DNA of 64,000 nucleotides from NCBI GenBank assembly GCA_040954595.2, contig CM082577.2, positions 5,568,301-5,632,300 of the forward strand, in the 5' to 3' direction. The notes beneath the pieces were generated by a model, which did not search any database, was not told the DNA's origin, and worked only from the letters and a program-made list of their open reading frames with translations. This document shows, one piece after another, positions 1-11,900 of this stretch (position 1 is its first letter; every line of letters begins with the position of its first letter). Source of the DNA: Balanoglossus misakiensis. Its lineage: Eukaryota > Animalia > Hemichordata. A program made the translations under genes and the position numbers.

Positions 1-132
1 CCCTAGCTTTATGGCATTTCTATATACATACCAACACTTCTCCACTTGTATGATTTCCAAAGGTTTACTTACACATTTGTCAATATAGATAACAAATAAC
101 AGGAAGAAAACTTGAAAATTTGATGTCGCTCA

Positions 133-3100
133 TCATAAAAGGATACGTGAGTGGGTCCTTTTCCTGGTGATGGCAGGCTGCGTGTACGATCTCCCGAAAA
201 GGCTGGTCTTTGGTAGGCTTTTGATTTTGAGATCGTTTGCAGACGGGGTGTAGTTATTGGCGATGGACTCGCTGGGAGTGCGGTGGTATTTCTGTTCTTT
301 GAATGGTGCTGCCAGCGTCCAGGACGTCCCTTTCATTATCGGCGGATGTTCACTGTTTCTGAGAACAATCTGTGTTTGAAAAAAAAAAAACATACATCAT
401 AGAAAACAAAGGTATAGATAAACATCGTCCATACGAAATCTATAAAATATGGCTCCAAACACTACACTTACAACTACATAATTATTTTTTTATTTTTTTT
501 AAATGAATGAATATTGATGGAAACACAAGGTAATGTCATTGATTTCTTTTGTTGCACAGAGATTACACGTATAGCTGTCATGTGTAAAGGGGGGGGGGGA
601 CATCAGTTCCAACCTCCCGTAAAAAAAAAAAATCCATGAATACTGAAGAAAATCACAATGACACAGCGACTTCTGTTTTATCATCCATTCAAATAACAAT
701 GCTAAACTCGTAGTCACAAAAGATTGACGTCATGTTTTCTTTCCTTCAAATGGGACCAGCTCCTGTCATTAAAACCGGATCAAATGCGATTATGTGAAGT
801 TTGTTTACAGTTTACCTGATTTAGGAGAATTAGATTTGATCAGCAGAGAGACCGATACATTGTATTATTTTTTTTTTTAGTTTTGGAGGACGTGAGTGAT
901 CTGAAATCAAACTGAGCTCCAAGGCATGTTGAAGTGAATTTGGGCATTACAATGGTAAAAGAACTGTTTGGAAATGATACATGTACACTATTTCTGGGCA
1001 TGCCGTTATGATGAATTTCCATAAAAACTTACAAATTATAATTTATTGAACAAACTTCAATTGTCACAATTTGCGAATTCCAAATATTGCAGTAAAAAGC
1101 AAGTGGAAGTACATGTAGAGTAATTTCACTTTTAGTCCTTTTTAACATCAGCCACTCTTCTAGATCAATTTACGGAACAGTCAGTCATTGTCATCAAATA
1201 TTCATGGTAACAATTACAGCCTACTTTAATGGCATTTATAATGGAAGTGTGTACAAGTGGTATCATTGTTGTCATCTACACTGTAGGTAGGCAAGGTAGA
1301 GTCTGCCAGGCTAGCTGCAGACTACATGTAGCTGTATAATTTTCTTTAAATTCACATTTATTTTATGACCCAGACTTTATCATATTGGACTGTAAATTGA
1401 TATCATGATTGAATTTTCAATGCTTTCCCAAACCTTGTAGGATTTTCTCTCAAACAGAAAAAATTTAGGGTCAACTCAACATTGGGGTTGAACTAGGGAA
1501 CATAATGCGTTGGATTTACAAGAAACATGCAACTTGCAAATTCTTTTTTTCTTGGCATAAGGGACCGTTCAGTTTTTACGGCCGGGGGGGGGCCGGCAAA
1601 ATCCAGGGGGGGGTCACTTAAATTTTGAAGTCCACAAGGGGGGGGTCATCTGGTTTTTTTAAACGTTTAGGGGGGGGGTCACATACTTTTGCCAACGAAC
1701 TTTTGCTTTTGAGTCTACAAAATTGCAGTTTCGCACCCTCTATTTTACAAAATTTTCTAATGTGGGAGGGGGACACCCCCTCCCACACCCACCCCCTCCA
1801 TTCTTCGCCACATTGCATTTTTTTGCTGGTTTGTCTAGTGTACCAGGCCAGAGTGCTTGCCACCCCAACCCCACCGATGATAATATTTAACAAATTGAAT
1901 ACATAAAGGAGAATAATTGTTTAAACCATTTTGCATAACTGATAGTTTCGCGCTGCATCTTCTATATATAATAATGTCATGCCGAAGATGACGCCAAATC
2001 TTATAACTTTGAGTGGAGTGGCAAAAAGTAAAATTGGTCCTCCCAAACATTGAGATAATTTGCTTTTTAGTTCATAAAAATGCAACTTTGAGCTACAAAT
2101 TTTACAAAATTTTCTAATGTGGGAGGGGGACACCCCCTCCCACACCCACCCCCTCCATTCTTCGCCACATTGCATTATTCACTGGTTTGTCTACTGTACC
2201 AGGGAAGACTTCTTGCCACCCCACCCCCGATGCTTACTTTGAGTGGAGTGGCAAAGTTAAAATTTGTCCTCCCTAACATTGACTTAATTTGCTTTTGAGT
2301 TCATTAAATTGCAACTTTGAGCACCGTATTTACAAAATTTTCTTATGTGGGAGGGGGTGTCCCCCTCCCACCCCCTCCAATTTTCTTGTTTTACCGATTC
2401 TAGCAACTATTGTATTGACTTGTCATTTTAATTTGTTCATAGATTTCTTTATTGCAACAATATACTATTATATACTTCAATAATACTTTAAGAAATTTAT
2501 AAATGAGGTGTGAGGATCCTCATTCCCTTTATTGCCTACAGTGTACATAGGATCAGGACGGCGAATGTTTTTGGCGTGGGGGGGGGGGGGGTCATCATAT
2601 TTTTGGGTCTGTCAAAGGGGGGGGTCATCATTTTTTGGTCCTGGGTGAAGGGGGGGTCGGCCTGATTTTGTGATCTGATGACCAAAACTTGCCAGCCCCC
2701 CCCCTGCCGTAAAAACTGAACGGTCCCTAAGCTCCAAGTGCATCTTTACAATTAAGAAGCAATTGTGCATGTCGATTTTGCAAGTACTCCATGTCATCAT
2801 TCAAAGTGGAGTCTGGATCTCCAGAAAATGGATGATAACCATCCATTTTCTGGCTGTTCACTGGCTGCAAATGGAGTGTGTGTTGGCTGAGTATCACAAA
2901 TCAGACAAGTAGGTATACACTCAACGCACTGCAAGTGGCTGCATCTTTCAAGCATCCGTATAGAATCGCAGAATCACCCAAGGCATTTCAGTTCGCATGT
3001 CTTTTGATTAAGAATGCACTCCGACAGTAAATTAAATTTCAAACAACAGACTTACTGTAGAAATGTGCCAATCGCCCGTGGGTTTACACACATACAGACA

Positions 3101-6100
3101 GGGCAAACAGAAAAGGCCACTGGAGTCAGAACATGCAGGCTTATAATCCAATAGAATTTTGTGTTTTATGTTAGCGACCATTGCTTAATTGATTCTGTGA
3201 AATAAGTCTTGCTAGCCTCATGGATCAGGCCACTGTTATTACATATATATATAGACATGTAGACCTGTCTAGTAAAAGTAAAATATGGAAGAAATTACAG
3301 GCATACATCTGTTAGAATTTTTGCTATGGATATGAGTTACTGTATAATGTCGATGTGTTTTGATTCATACGCACATATTATAACACTAACAGTATGTATA
3401 TGTACATATACAGAGAATGAGTGACATCTATGGAATAACTGAACAGGGTAGACTCTCCATCGCTGTAAGGACAGGGTCAACGAAATTTGCAGAATAACAG
3501 CGCAACACGTGTAATTGACAGTTACAAAGCATCGACCGACTAACACGCACGTACCTAATCAACCATCCATTTCGCTGATATCACATCCAAGTTTGCCCCA
3601 ACATTAAATTGGCTCAATTTTGTACTCAGTGTAAAACTTGATTGTATTATCATCCAAGTAAACATTGGGACACGAAAATTTGAAATTAAATCTCTCTTTT
3701 TTTTCGGCCTGTCTAATATTCTAATCAAGGGCCTTGCTCCTTAGTTACCAGATTGGTACATTTATTTACTGTACATAGAACAGCTCTCATGCAGGGCAGA
3801 CAAGCTCTCAGACACACCAGGTACCTCATATTGAACGCATCTTTACACTGTACAATACATGGGGGTATAATGATTCCATACAAAAACAGATCAATGCAGA
3901 CCTTGATTAGAAGCATTGTATGTGATTTGATAAAAATGTGAGGCACTCTTGTTGAAGATAAAATATCTTGAAATATGAAGCCAGTGTGTATTCTTTTATA
4001 ATGGTTAATGTGTAAAAATATATATTTGCTTCAAATTTTAGGATTACTCTAATTTTGATATAAAAAAAATATTCAAGATTTAAAACACCTGGTACATTTT
4101 TCAGAGTATCAACTTGTATTTCCTTTTTGCTTCCCTGAAGAATTTTATGCAGTTCTTCACTGTGGCTGTGAATGTATAAGTGATCTAGGCAACGTCTAAC
4201 ACATTTACGTGCAATAATGACCGACAGAACGTAATAGAGTAATATTCCACCAAGTAAATTTATTTAGTGTGATCAAATAAAAACGGTATGTCTCTTCGTG
4301 TACCATGTGTACAGCACAATGCAATGAATAGATGCTGTAAAACACACTACAATAGTCCACGGCCATGTTAATCATGTCTGGAAAATATGAACTAATAACC
4401 GCATTCATGTTTGCCTCTTTAGTTCATTTGCTTCAGAATAACACAGTCTATTGTGTCAAACTACTAACTAAAAGCAGTTTTCATTTTCATAAAAGAGGCT
4501 GCCTCAGGGTAATTTTCATGTTTTTTTTCAGTGAATTGTATTGTTACTTTTTATTTCATAAGTCCAGGTACTTAGATATTTTAAATGAAATTTTGATACA
4601 CAATTTAGCACAGTTAAAAAAGTGTTGAGAATTTTAAAAATCGGCTCATATAAACTGTGGCCCCATAAATGTATCAATTACATCTTTTTTAAAGATTTAA
4701 AAAGTACCGGCAATTTGACCACATCAAAATGAGTGTCATGACATCAATTTGCTACTAGCAGTACATCTGCAATATTGGATATTTGTAAGCGTTGCATTTG
4801 ATCATTTTATCTTGACATATGACATACCGTACATATTGCTCACAGTAATAACTCAAAATGTTCACAAAGCCCCCCCACTACATCATCACAAATGGTACCA
4901 TATTTTGTCTGTTCCCATGAATGCTGAATTATTGCTATTTCTCGATATCACCTGACATTTGAAACCTCTTCACAATTTTCTGTACAGGCACAGGATAAAT
5001 GACAAAATGCACTATGGAGAGTCATTCAGATTATTAGATTTCGCGTCAATAGCAAGATTGGGCACCTGACCGCGCAGAGGTGCTACTCTGGGTCAAAGAG
5101 AGCTAATTGAGCAATTACCATGGTAACGCCACCAAGCTCAATAACTGGGGAAAACGATGCATTTGCAGGCATACAATGGGTGCCTAGGTATTACTGTTGT
5201 ATTCATTTATTAACATTGGGAGAATTTGATTCACTCACCTGATATAAGTTTGAGGGATCATCAGCTGCAGTTGACGGTAGGGGTGGCAGACCAGGCAATC
5301 CCCTTGTCTGACTGCAGCTCTGGATTGGTGTCTCTACAAACTGCCATTAGACAGAAATAAATAATATACACCCATCAATATTAAAAGCTGTGATAAGCTG
5401 AGAATATATATGATAAATGGATGGAGAGAATTTTTTTTTGATAAAACCCTTTACTCACTACCATAGTCTCTCCACATATCGCTCTGAGTAGCGAGAAAAG
5501 GGTTTTATACAAAAAAATCCTTCTCCATCTATTTTAGCTCTAGATTATCTATTGAACACTCTGGCAGCTCAAAAAACATCTGCCCGCATACACAAGGTTG
5601 AAACACTACAGGAATCTTGAATGTGTGAGGCATCCTTGCCCTTCTATTTGACTTTCACAAGACATCAACAAATGTACAATACATCACAAGTCCAATGAAT
5701 TCAGTGAGAACAAGTTGTTTTCAATGCAAAGTGTCAGCAGGCTACATTCCTTTACCTAGTAACTATGTCGATGTATTTGTGTGTATTTCTTCTTTTTATA
5801 TATTTTTCTCTGACTTTTCTTTGTGATTTACAATACACCACTGCAGTCAAATTTTTAGGACAACTTAATTGTTAAAAGTTATAGAAATTAAAATGACTTA
5901 AATTTAGTGTCCTGTTACTTGCGAATAATTTACTTATATTCATATTTTTCTTTGACAACCATTGTACTGTCTAACAATGGATAAAACGTGTGAATTAAAA
6001 AGTGTAATTGAACACAATACAAGTAGCCACAACATTCAGCTCTCGCACACCTGACAAAGTGACTGGCAATTTTGCACAGACATTAAAAATTCATGACCAT

Positions 6101-6448
6101 GAAACAAGTTTTATGGTTCAACGACAGTTTCCTTTTGTAATCATTAACAGGTAATAGCACTGGAATACGTAATTCACGTTGATGATCAGTGCATGTCGTT
6201 AGCGTGGATTTTTCTGCAAATTAAAGTCTGCTGTCCAGGTAACTCGCATTGTGAGAGTCTGAGATGAGGGGTGTCCCCTGATCACGATAAGGTACAGCTC
6301 TGCCATTACAGCCAGTTCATTACTGGGGTCAGGCGGGTACAGTGCAATGGCTGCCATGGGTGCGTAACTTGGTAATAGTGGCGATCGAGCACAAAATAAC
6401 AACGTTTCCCTCACAAAACGGGATCATACTTACCCTTGCCCTTTCCAT
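133..6448 (-). CDS. Small uncharacterised protein (~117 aa), 3 coding exons; possibly cilia-related
   Basis: Exons 6448-6434 (MERAR|gtaagt), 5340-5239 (cag|FVETPIQ...NLYQ|gtgagt) and 369-133 (cag|IVLRNSEHPP...RILL*). All junctions are phase 0 with canonical GT-AG. X-box-like motifs lie upstream of the ATG. No family recognised, and further exons in the 4.9-kb intron cannot be excluded. Confidence 0.6.
1561..2727. mobile_element. Non-autonomous PIF/Harbinger-type DNA transposon (MITE-like), 1167 bp
   Basis: Terminal inverted repeats GGGACCGTTCAGTTTTTACGGC... and ...GCCGTAAAAACTGAACGGTCCC. TAA flanks both ends (1558-1560, 2728-2730), matching the 3-bp TAA/TTA TSD and GGG termini of PIF/Harbinger. 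Internal direct repeats lie at about 1690-1880, 2055-2230 and 2285-2380. No transposase. Confidence 0.85.
5416..5533. repeat. Imperfect palindrome / degenerate hairpin element
   Basis: GATGGAGAGAATTTTTTTTTGATAAAACCCTTTACTCACTAC pairs imperfectly with GTAGCGAGAAAAGGGTTTTATACAAAAAAATCCTTCTCCATC. Confidence 0.6.
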
Positions 6449-6495
6449 GATGTCTCGATCGTCGGTATTTCAAATGTTGATCACAGACAGAAAAC

Positions 6496-6512
6496 GTTTG
6501 CCATGGTACAAC
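6496..6512. promoter_or_regulatory. RFX X-box-like motif about 50 bp upstream of the small minus-strand gene's ATG
   Basis: GTTTGCCATGGTACAAC resembles the consensus GTTNCCATGGNAAC. Related motifs occur at 5114-5127 (ATTACCATGGTAAC) and 6807-6819 (GTATCCATGTAAC). Confidence 0.45.
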
Positions 6513-8134
6513 TTGGATCAAAACAAACTCCGTCGAAAGTTAGGAAGGTCCGATCATCTACAAGTGGCGGTACAAAAATGATGCCTGAAAAACTGTTGGG
6601 ATCGTAAGACAGATCAAGTAGCTGTTCCAAAATACAACTTGCTACCCTTCTACAGTCTCCGATCGCTTAAATTTGATGGTATTCGAGGGTATTAAAATAT
6701 AGTCCCTCGGTTGACTTCAGAAGTTCGTAGCAGACCGATGTCCTATTCAGTAGTTGACATCCGGGGACTACAGGTTGCTACGCAAAGCACACGGCCTCGC
6801 TTTCGGGTATCCATGTAACTACACAACTTCGTAGTTCGTCACTGACAGTGGGCGCGCGATGAGTGGAAATGGATCCACCCCGCGGCCGCAGAACATCTTA
6901 TTAAAAAAAACAGAGATGTGTTTGTTTTCATACCCTCTTGGGTAATAAGTATGATTTTATGCCACTGATATGCAGGCCCCAAGGGAAGACAGCGCTTCCA
7001 TTGCGTTTTACAACGAAACTGTAGTAGCCTCATGTGTGTGACAGTGTGTCATAAATAAAGTACATGTACAGACCCACACGAGTGTGTTTTTCTTCCCGAT
7101 TACACCTGTCAGATAAGGAGAACTACCAGGGAGAACTACCGCCCAGAAGTGGCCCGTAGTAATAACCTTCCGAATCCTAACATTTTAATTTCGAGAAAAC
7201 ACTTTGTAGTATTATATTGAGCCCAAAGGGAAACTTTATCCATTGACAAAAAGCGAATGCCAGGTCACCAGTCTTGATTTTTTTTTCGCGTAGTCCTAAA
7301 CGTTTCTCATTTCCATACACAAGAAAAGTATAATAACGCGAGTGCAGGAAAGTGCTGACTCGGTGGACTTTACACTGAAAAGGAAGGATGGTTTTCTATG
7401 TTGTGTGCGTCTAAAATCCGCGTGCCTTCCCAATCTCTCCAATGAAAACTGTTTTATTTGCATGGTACAAGCATAGGCCTACTCTGTAGTATCTATGATA
7501 AAAGGTGCAATGTGCACACGGTTTACCTTGCCTTATTCCACTGTCACTTACCATATTTGCCGTAGAAAATACAATTTCCTGACCAAAACAGAGAACAGAA
7601 CATGACAGTGGTATTTTTTAAAAGTTATAAATGAGGCCTAATAGTATCCGACGCGAATGATCTTGCAGCCGGGTCAAGCATTACATCTTACCTTTCTGCC
7701 AACTATTATATTTCTTGTATTTTTCCCCCTTCTTTGTGGTGTTTGAACGCAAACCAGTTAACACCACGGCCAAATTAATTTACTTTTTTAAGCTCTTGCT
7801 ACGACACATTTATTAGTGTAACAGAACTAGATATTTTTCCCTGGCAAAAGAAATTGAGACTGTACAGTGATGAGTTATACTTCTTCTGTGCAAAATTCCC
7901 CAATTTTTATCTCTCGGAAAGTTCAGATACCAACGAGGCTTTTAATTCTGACGTTTTCCCACACTTATTTCGCGTGGGGTGGCGGTTTTCGTTACTATTT
8001 CAGCCAAACATAGTCACCACCCCAGGGACCAGACTATCGAGCAACCTAGTACCTCCGTGGGCTTCGTGCACAGCGCAGCCAGCGGCGGAAATGGGCCAGG
8101 TGACTAGACAAGTCAACCAATGAGAAACTTCAAA

Positions 8135-8374
8135 TCACCAAAGCGGGACCGATGAGTGAGGAGTGGTGTGGAGCAGTATCCGTAGTTTATCGACGATGTC
8201 ATTCCGTTTCTTCATATAAAACGAATACAAGTAGAGTTTGACTGTGTAGTCTCGATCACCATGAGGATTTTCGTGCGGAATCGACAGCGATACGATCCTA
8301 GCAGTCGCCCAAGACCGTGGATCACGATTGATGTGACCAATTTTGCAGGGACTCACATCAGCCATATCAAAGAG
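8135..8374 (+). other. Putative non-coding first exon of the MUS81-like gene
   Basis: CpG-richer region with CCAAT near 8117 and a consensus donor GAG|gtaagc at 8374/8375. An acceptor tag at 8917-8919 precedes the ATG at 8935. The 5' boundary is approximate. Confidence 0.45.
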
Positions 8375-8934
8375 GTAAGCTTCCCTTGCATCAAACTTTC
8401 CAACGATCCCTACGAATAGCTACATTGTATGCTTCTTCGCAAAACCCTTCGTTCAGATCCGCGCGGTTCACACCGACGATCACACCAAGAAAACGCTATC
8501 TTCTTTCCTTCGCCATGTTCATTCTTCGCGAGGGTCCGATTGTTTGTTTACATAGACGCACATTGTGTATTGTTTATTTACGTGTCAGCTGGTAGACTTC
8601 CGGTCAGTGAGAGCTTGCACGCGCGATGAGCGTGAGACGGCAAACATCCGTCATGTCCACGACCACTTCACAAATAACAAGTCAGTTGTTGTTGTTGTTG
8701 TTGGTGGTGGTGGAAAAATGACAAAAAGTAAACAAAAACAACAACAGGAAAACATTTCTAAAATACCAATAAAATTATGAAACTAAAAAATATAGGACAC
8801 ACTAGTAGTGTACGCCCTGTGTTCCCCCAACTAGCTGAAACTGTAAAAGACTACACCCAATATCTTTCTCATGAGTCATAAACTCAGACCAACATGAATT
8901 GTCCTAATACCCAATATAGATATGTAAACGACAA

Positions 8935-11900
8935 ATGCCGATGGCTAAGGTGGATGAACTCTACTACAAGGGTCACCGGCTCGCTGACGAAAATTCCATG
9001 GGCTTCTACCAAGGGAGGTTCCTTATGGAAGACAATGCCATCTTTGAAACAACCAGCAATCCATTCTGGAGTGCTTGCATGCTGGCCTGCATCAAAGAAG
9101 CGGAACAGGAGGCTGCCGCCAATCCGAATTGTCGGAACACTCAGAACTGGACCAAGAAGACAATAATACACCGGGCTGCTGCACTGGGAGTACTTTACAA
9201 TAGTAACAAGTGAGTATGGTAAACTTCATTCTTGTGACAGCTTTTTATCTAATGATATCGAAAGATAGAATAATTATTCATACCAAGGACCTGAATTATA
9301 ATTTTGTTTCTAAACTCCAAGTATTTCATGTAATTTTTCCCCTGGATACAATCTCCATGTTATTACTGGTAGTTACTGAACATATTCTCTGACATTTCAG
9401 CACACAGGAAAGACAGCCACCACCCTTCGAAACTATTGACGACCTGGAGAATTTCCTGCAAAGTCACGGCAAGAAGGAATTGACCATGAGTCGATTCACG
9501 AGATTAAAACTTGAGAAGTTCCACAAAGAACTCATGTACGAACACATCAATCGAGCTGATCCAATTGGTGCGTTTGTACACGCCCAGGCCGTTGCACTAG
9601 GATTCAGGACAGGTGAGTGGACCAACCAAGTGGTGAAACTCTGTGATTGGCCAGATCTCAACTTTCCAAATTTGCATGTGGAGATTTAACCAATAACAGA
9701 GAGTGTTACTTCTCACCCTTCCAGATGATGAAGACGACACCATTGAGCATTTCATGGATAACCATCATGGAGGAGGTCATAATGGAGCAAGAAGAGACAG
9801 AGGAGCTGGGGCCGTTGGAAGGGGGCGAGGGGGTAGAGGAGCCAGATTGGGAGGTGGAAGGGAGGGGGCTGTTAACGGAGGTGGTCAACAAGGAAGAGGG
9901 GGTGTCGGCGCTGGGAGAAGTGCGAACAGGCCGACCAGGCAAGGCAACGCTGCTGGCAGGAGAAACAGACCAGTGATGTGCGCAGACTGCGAAACGGAAA
10001 CAGCCACAGTGTATTGCAGGGACTGTGAACAGGGCTTGGCACTGTGTAATCAGTGTTCACTCAACATACATCAGGGGGCAGCCAGGAGACGCCATCAGAT
10101 TTCAGGTGAGGTCTTTGCAAAAAGTCAAGGCACATGTTATTGTGTGTGTTAGCATTATGTGACTACATGTACTGGTAATGTACAGCAGGATGGTCTTAGA
10201 AATAGTTGTTCTGGTGATAGTCAACTGCTAACACCTTCACTTATATGTATTCATTTTGTGCCATTCTTTGCATTAGATGTATCTGAAGCTCCCAGAGTTG
10301 TATCATACACTCCTAAGGTAAGTCGACTGCACACTTCAACTTCAAGTGTACACTGTATCCGCTAGACATTATGGATAAAGTTGAAACATCCTAGATGTCT
10401 TTTAGCTCAAACCATTACCGAATAAAACTGAACGTAATAACCAACCACAAGACATGAATATGAGCAGTTTCAGACCTGTATACTAGTATTTGCATCTAGA
10501 CAAGTGTACACATGTATATCAATCCATGTTGCTAAACTTTTATTATCTTTTCTGTGTTTTTCAGTCATTCAAGGCACCATTTGCATTATTAGTTGCTTTA
10601 TACTAGTAAGTATATCAAAACAACCCCAAATTCTAAAGATCATCATCAGGTGATGGAATTGATGGATGTAGAGAAGGGAGAAGAGGGGGGGGGGGAGTGT
10701 TTTAGGTCAAGATATGTAGCCACTCGTCTTCTTTGCTTTTTCTTCACTGAATGATGTCTGTTTTCTTGACAGTGGGATCACAGAGCGACCACCACTTCTG
10801 AGTATGACCGCTGACGAAGTCAAACTCCGAGCTCAGAAATACACTGATACAGACCTTTGGAATAAAACTGCAGGTATGTGTCCCTGTATTATTTTTTCAT
10901 TTTGTGTCATACACAGTACATGTTCATATATTCCAAAGAAAATTTTCATGGTGTGAACTGACTTAATATCTATTTATGGGTGCAATTCTTTCAATTTCTC
11001 TGTTGCAAAGGTCGTTTCTTCGGTGGGTTCGATAGCATGGACAAGACGCTGGAAAAACTTGGCTTTGTTCAGAAAGAAGGCGGGCAGGGATCAAGGTAAG
11101 GTCCTATCACAGTCTATTTGATCTTGGCTGTGCATGAACATCAAGCTTTTACACACACTCACTGCTTATCAGTGACTTCAGACGAGTTACAATTTTGCTT
11201 CAAAGTTGAATTAATTTACCAGTACATTCCATATACACGTCTGAGATAGAAACAAGCACTAGACTCTATCACAGCCCTCGTCTGGGGCTACAAGGTCTTT
11301 TTATTGAATGCGCTCAATCACAAATGTTCAGCTTGTCTGTTGATAATATTTCAGATATGCCCTACAAGAGGCTGGTAAACCACTGGCTAGAAAGTGTGTG
11401 GAGTTTCGCGAGGCTGTTGATAGACTATACACTGTGTACAAAATTCCCAAAGCCCCAGATCAGTATAGGTAAGTTGAGTTAATGCAATCTGTTGAATTTT
11501 TAATGTTTGACATGGTGACTTTGACTGACACTGTGATCACATTCACAATTAATGACATTTCTAATCTTTTTGACTATCTGCAGGGCTGTGTGTGGATTAG
11601 GCACGGTGTGTTTACTGATTGACCATCATGAACCCCTCAAAGACAGACTCCTTTCCATCGCTAGGGAAAAGAACATCCCAGCTATTGTCAGAGAAATCCC
11701 TGTGGGTGACTTTCTGTGGGTGGTTTTGCCACCTGATGTGGACATCAGGTACTATGATGGAAACATGCAGCATAGAGAAATGGTAAGGTGGATTTTTATG
11801 CTTGTGGTATATTAATTTGAGTTGAGGTTTAATGAACAGTGCCCTCGGTGTCACAAATGAGATTTGATTTTGTCTTTTACTACAGGTGCTGCCACACGTG

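Noticed and set aside
1618-2800. Several 60-93-aa ORFs, two sharing MQCGEEWRGWVWEGVSPSHIRKFCKI
   Set aside because: They are translations of the MITE's internal repeats and show no transposase motifs.
6199-6581. ORFs on both strands near the small gene's first exon
   Set aside because: They have no consistent splice signals or recognisable motifs, and the 15-nt exon model explains the region better.
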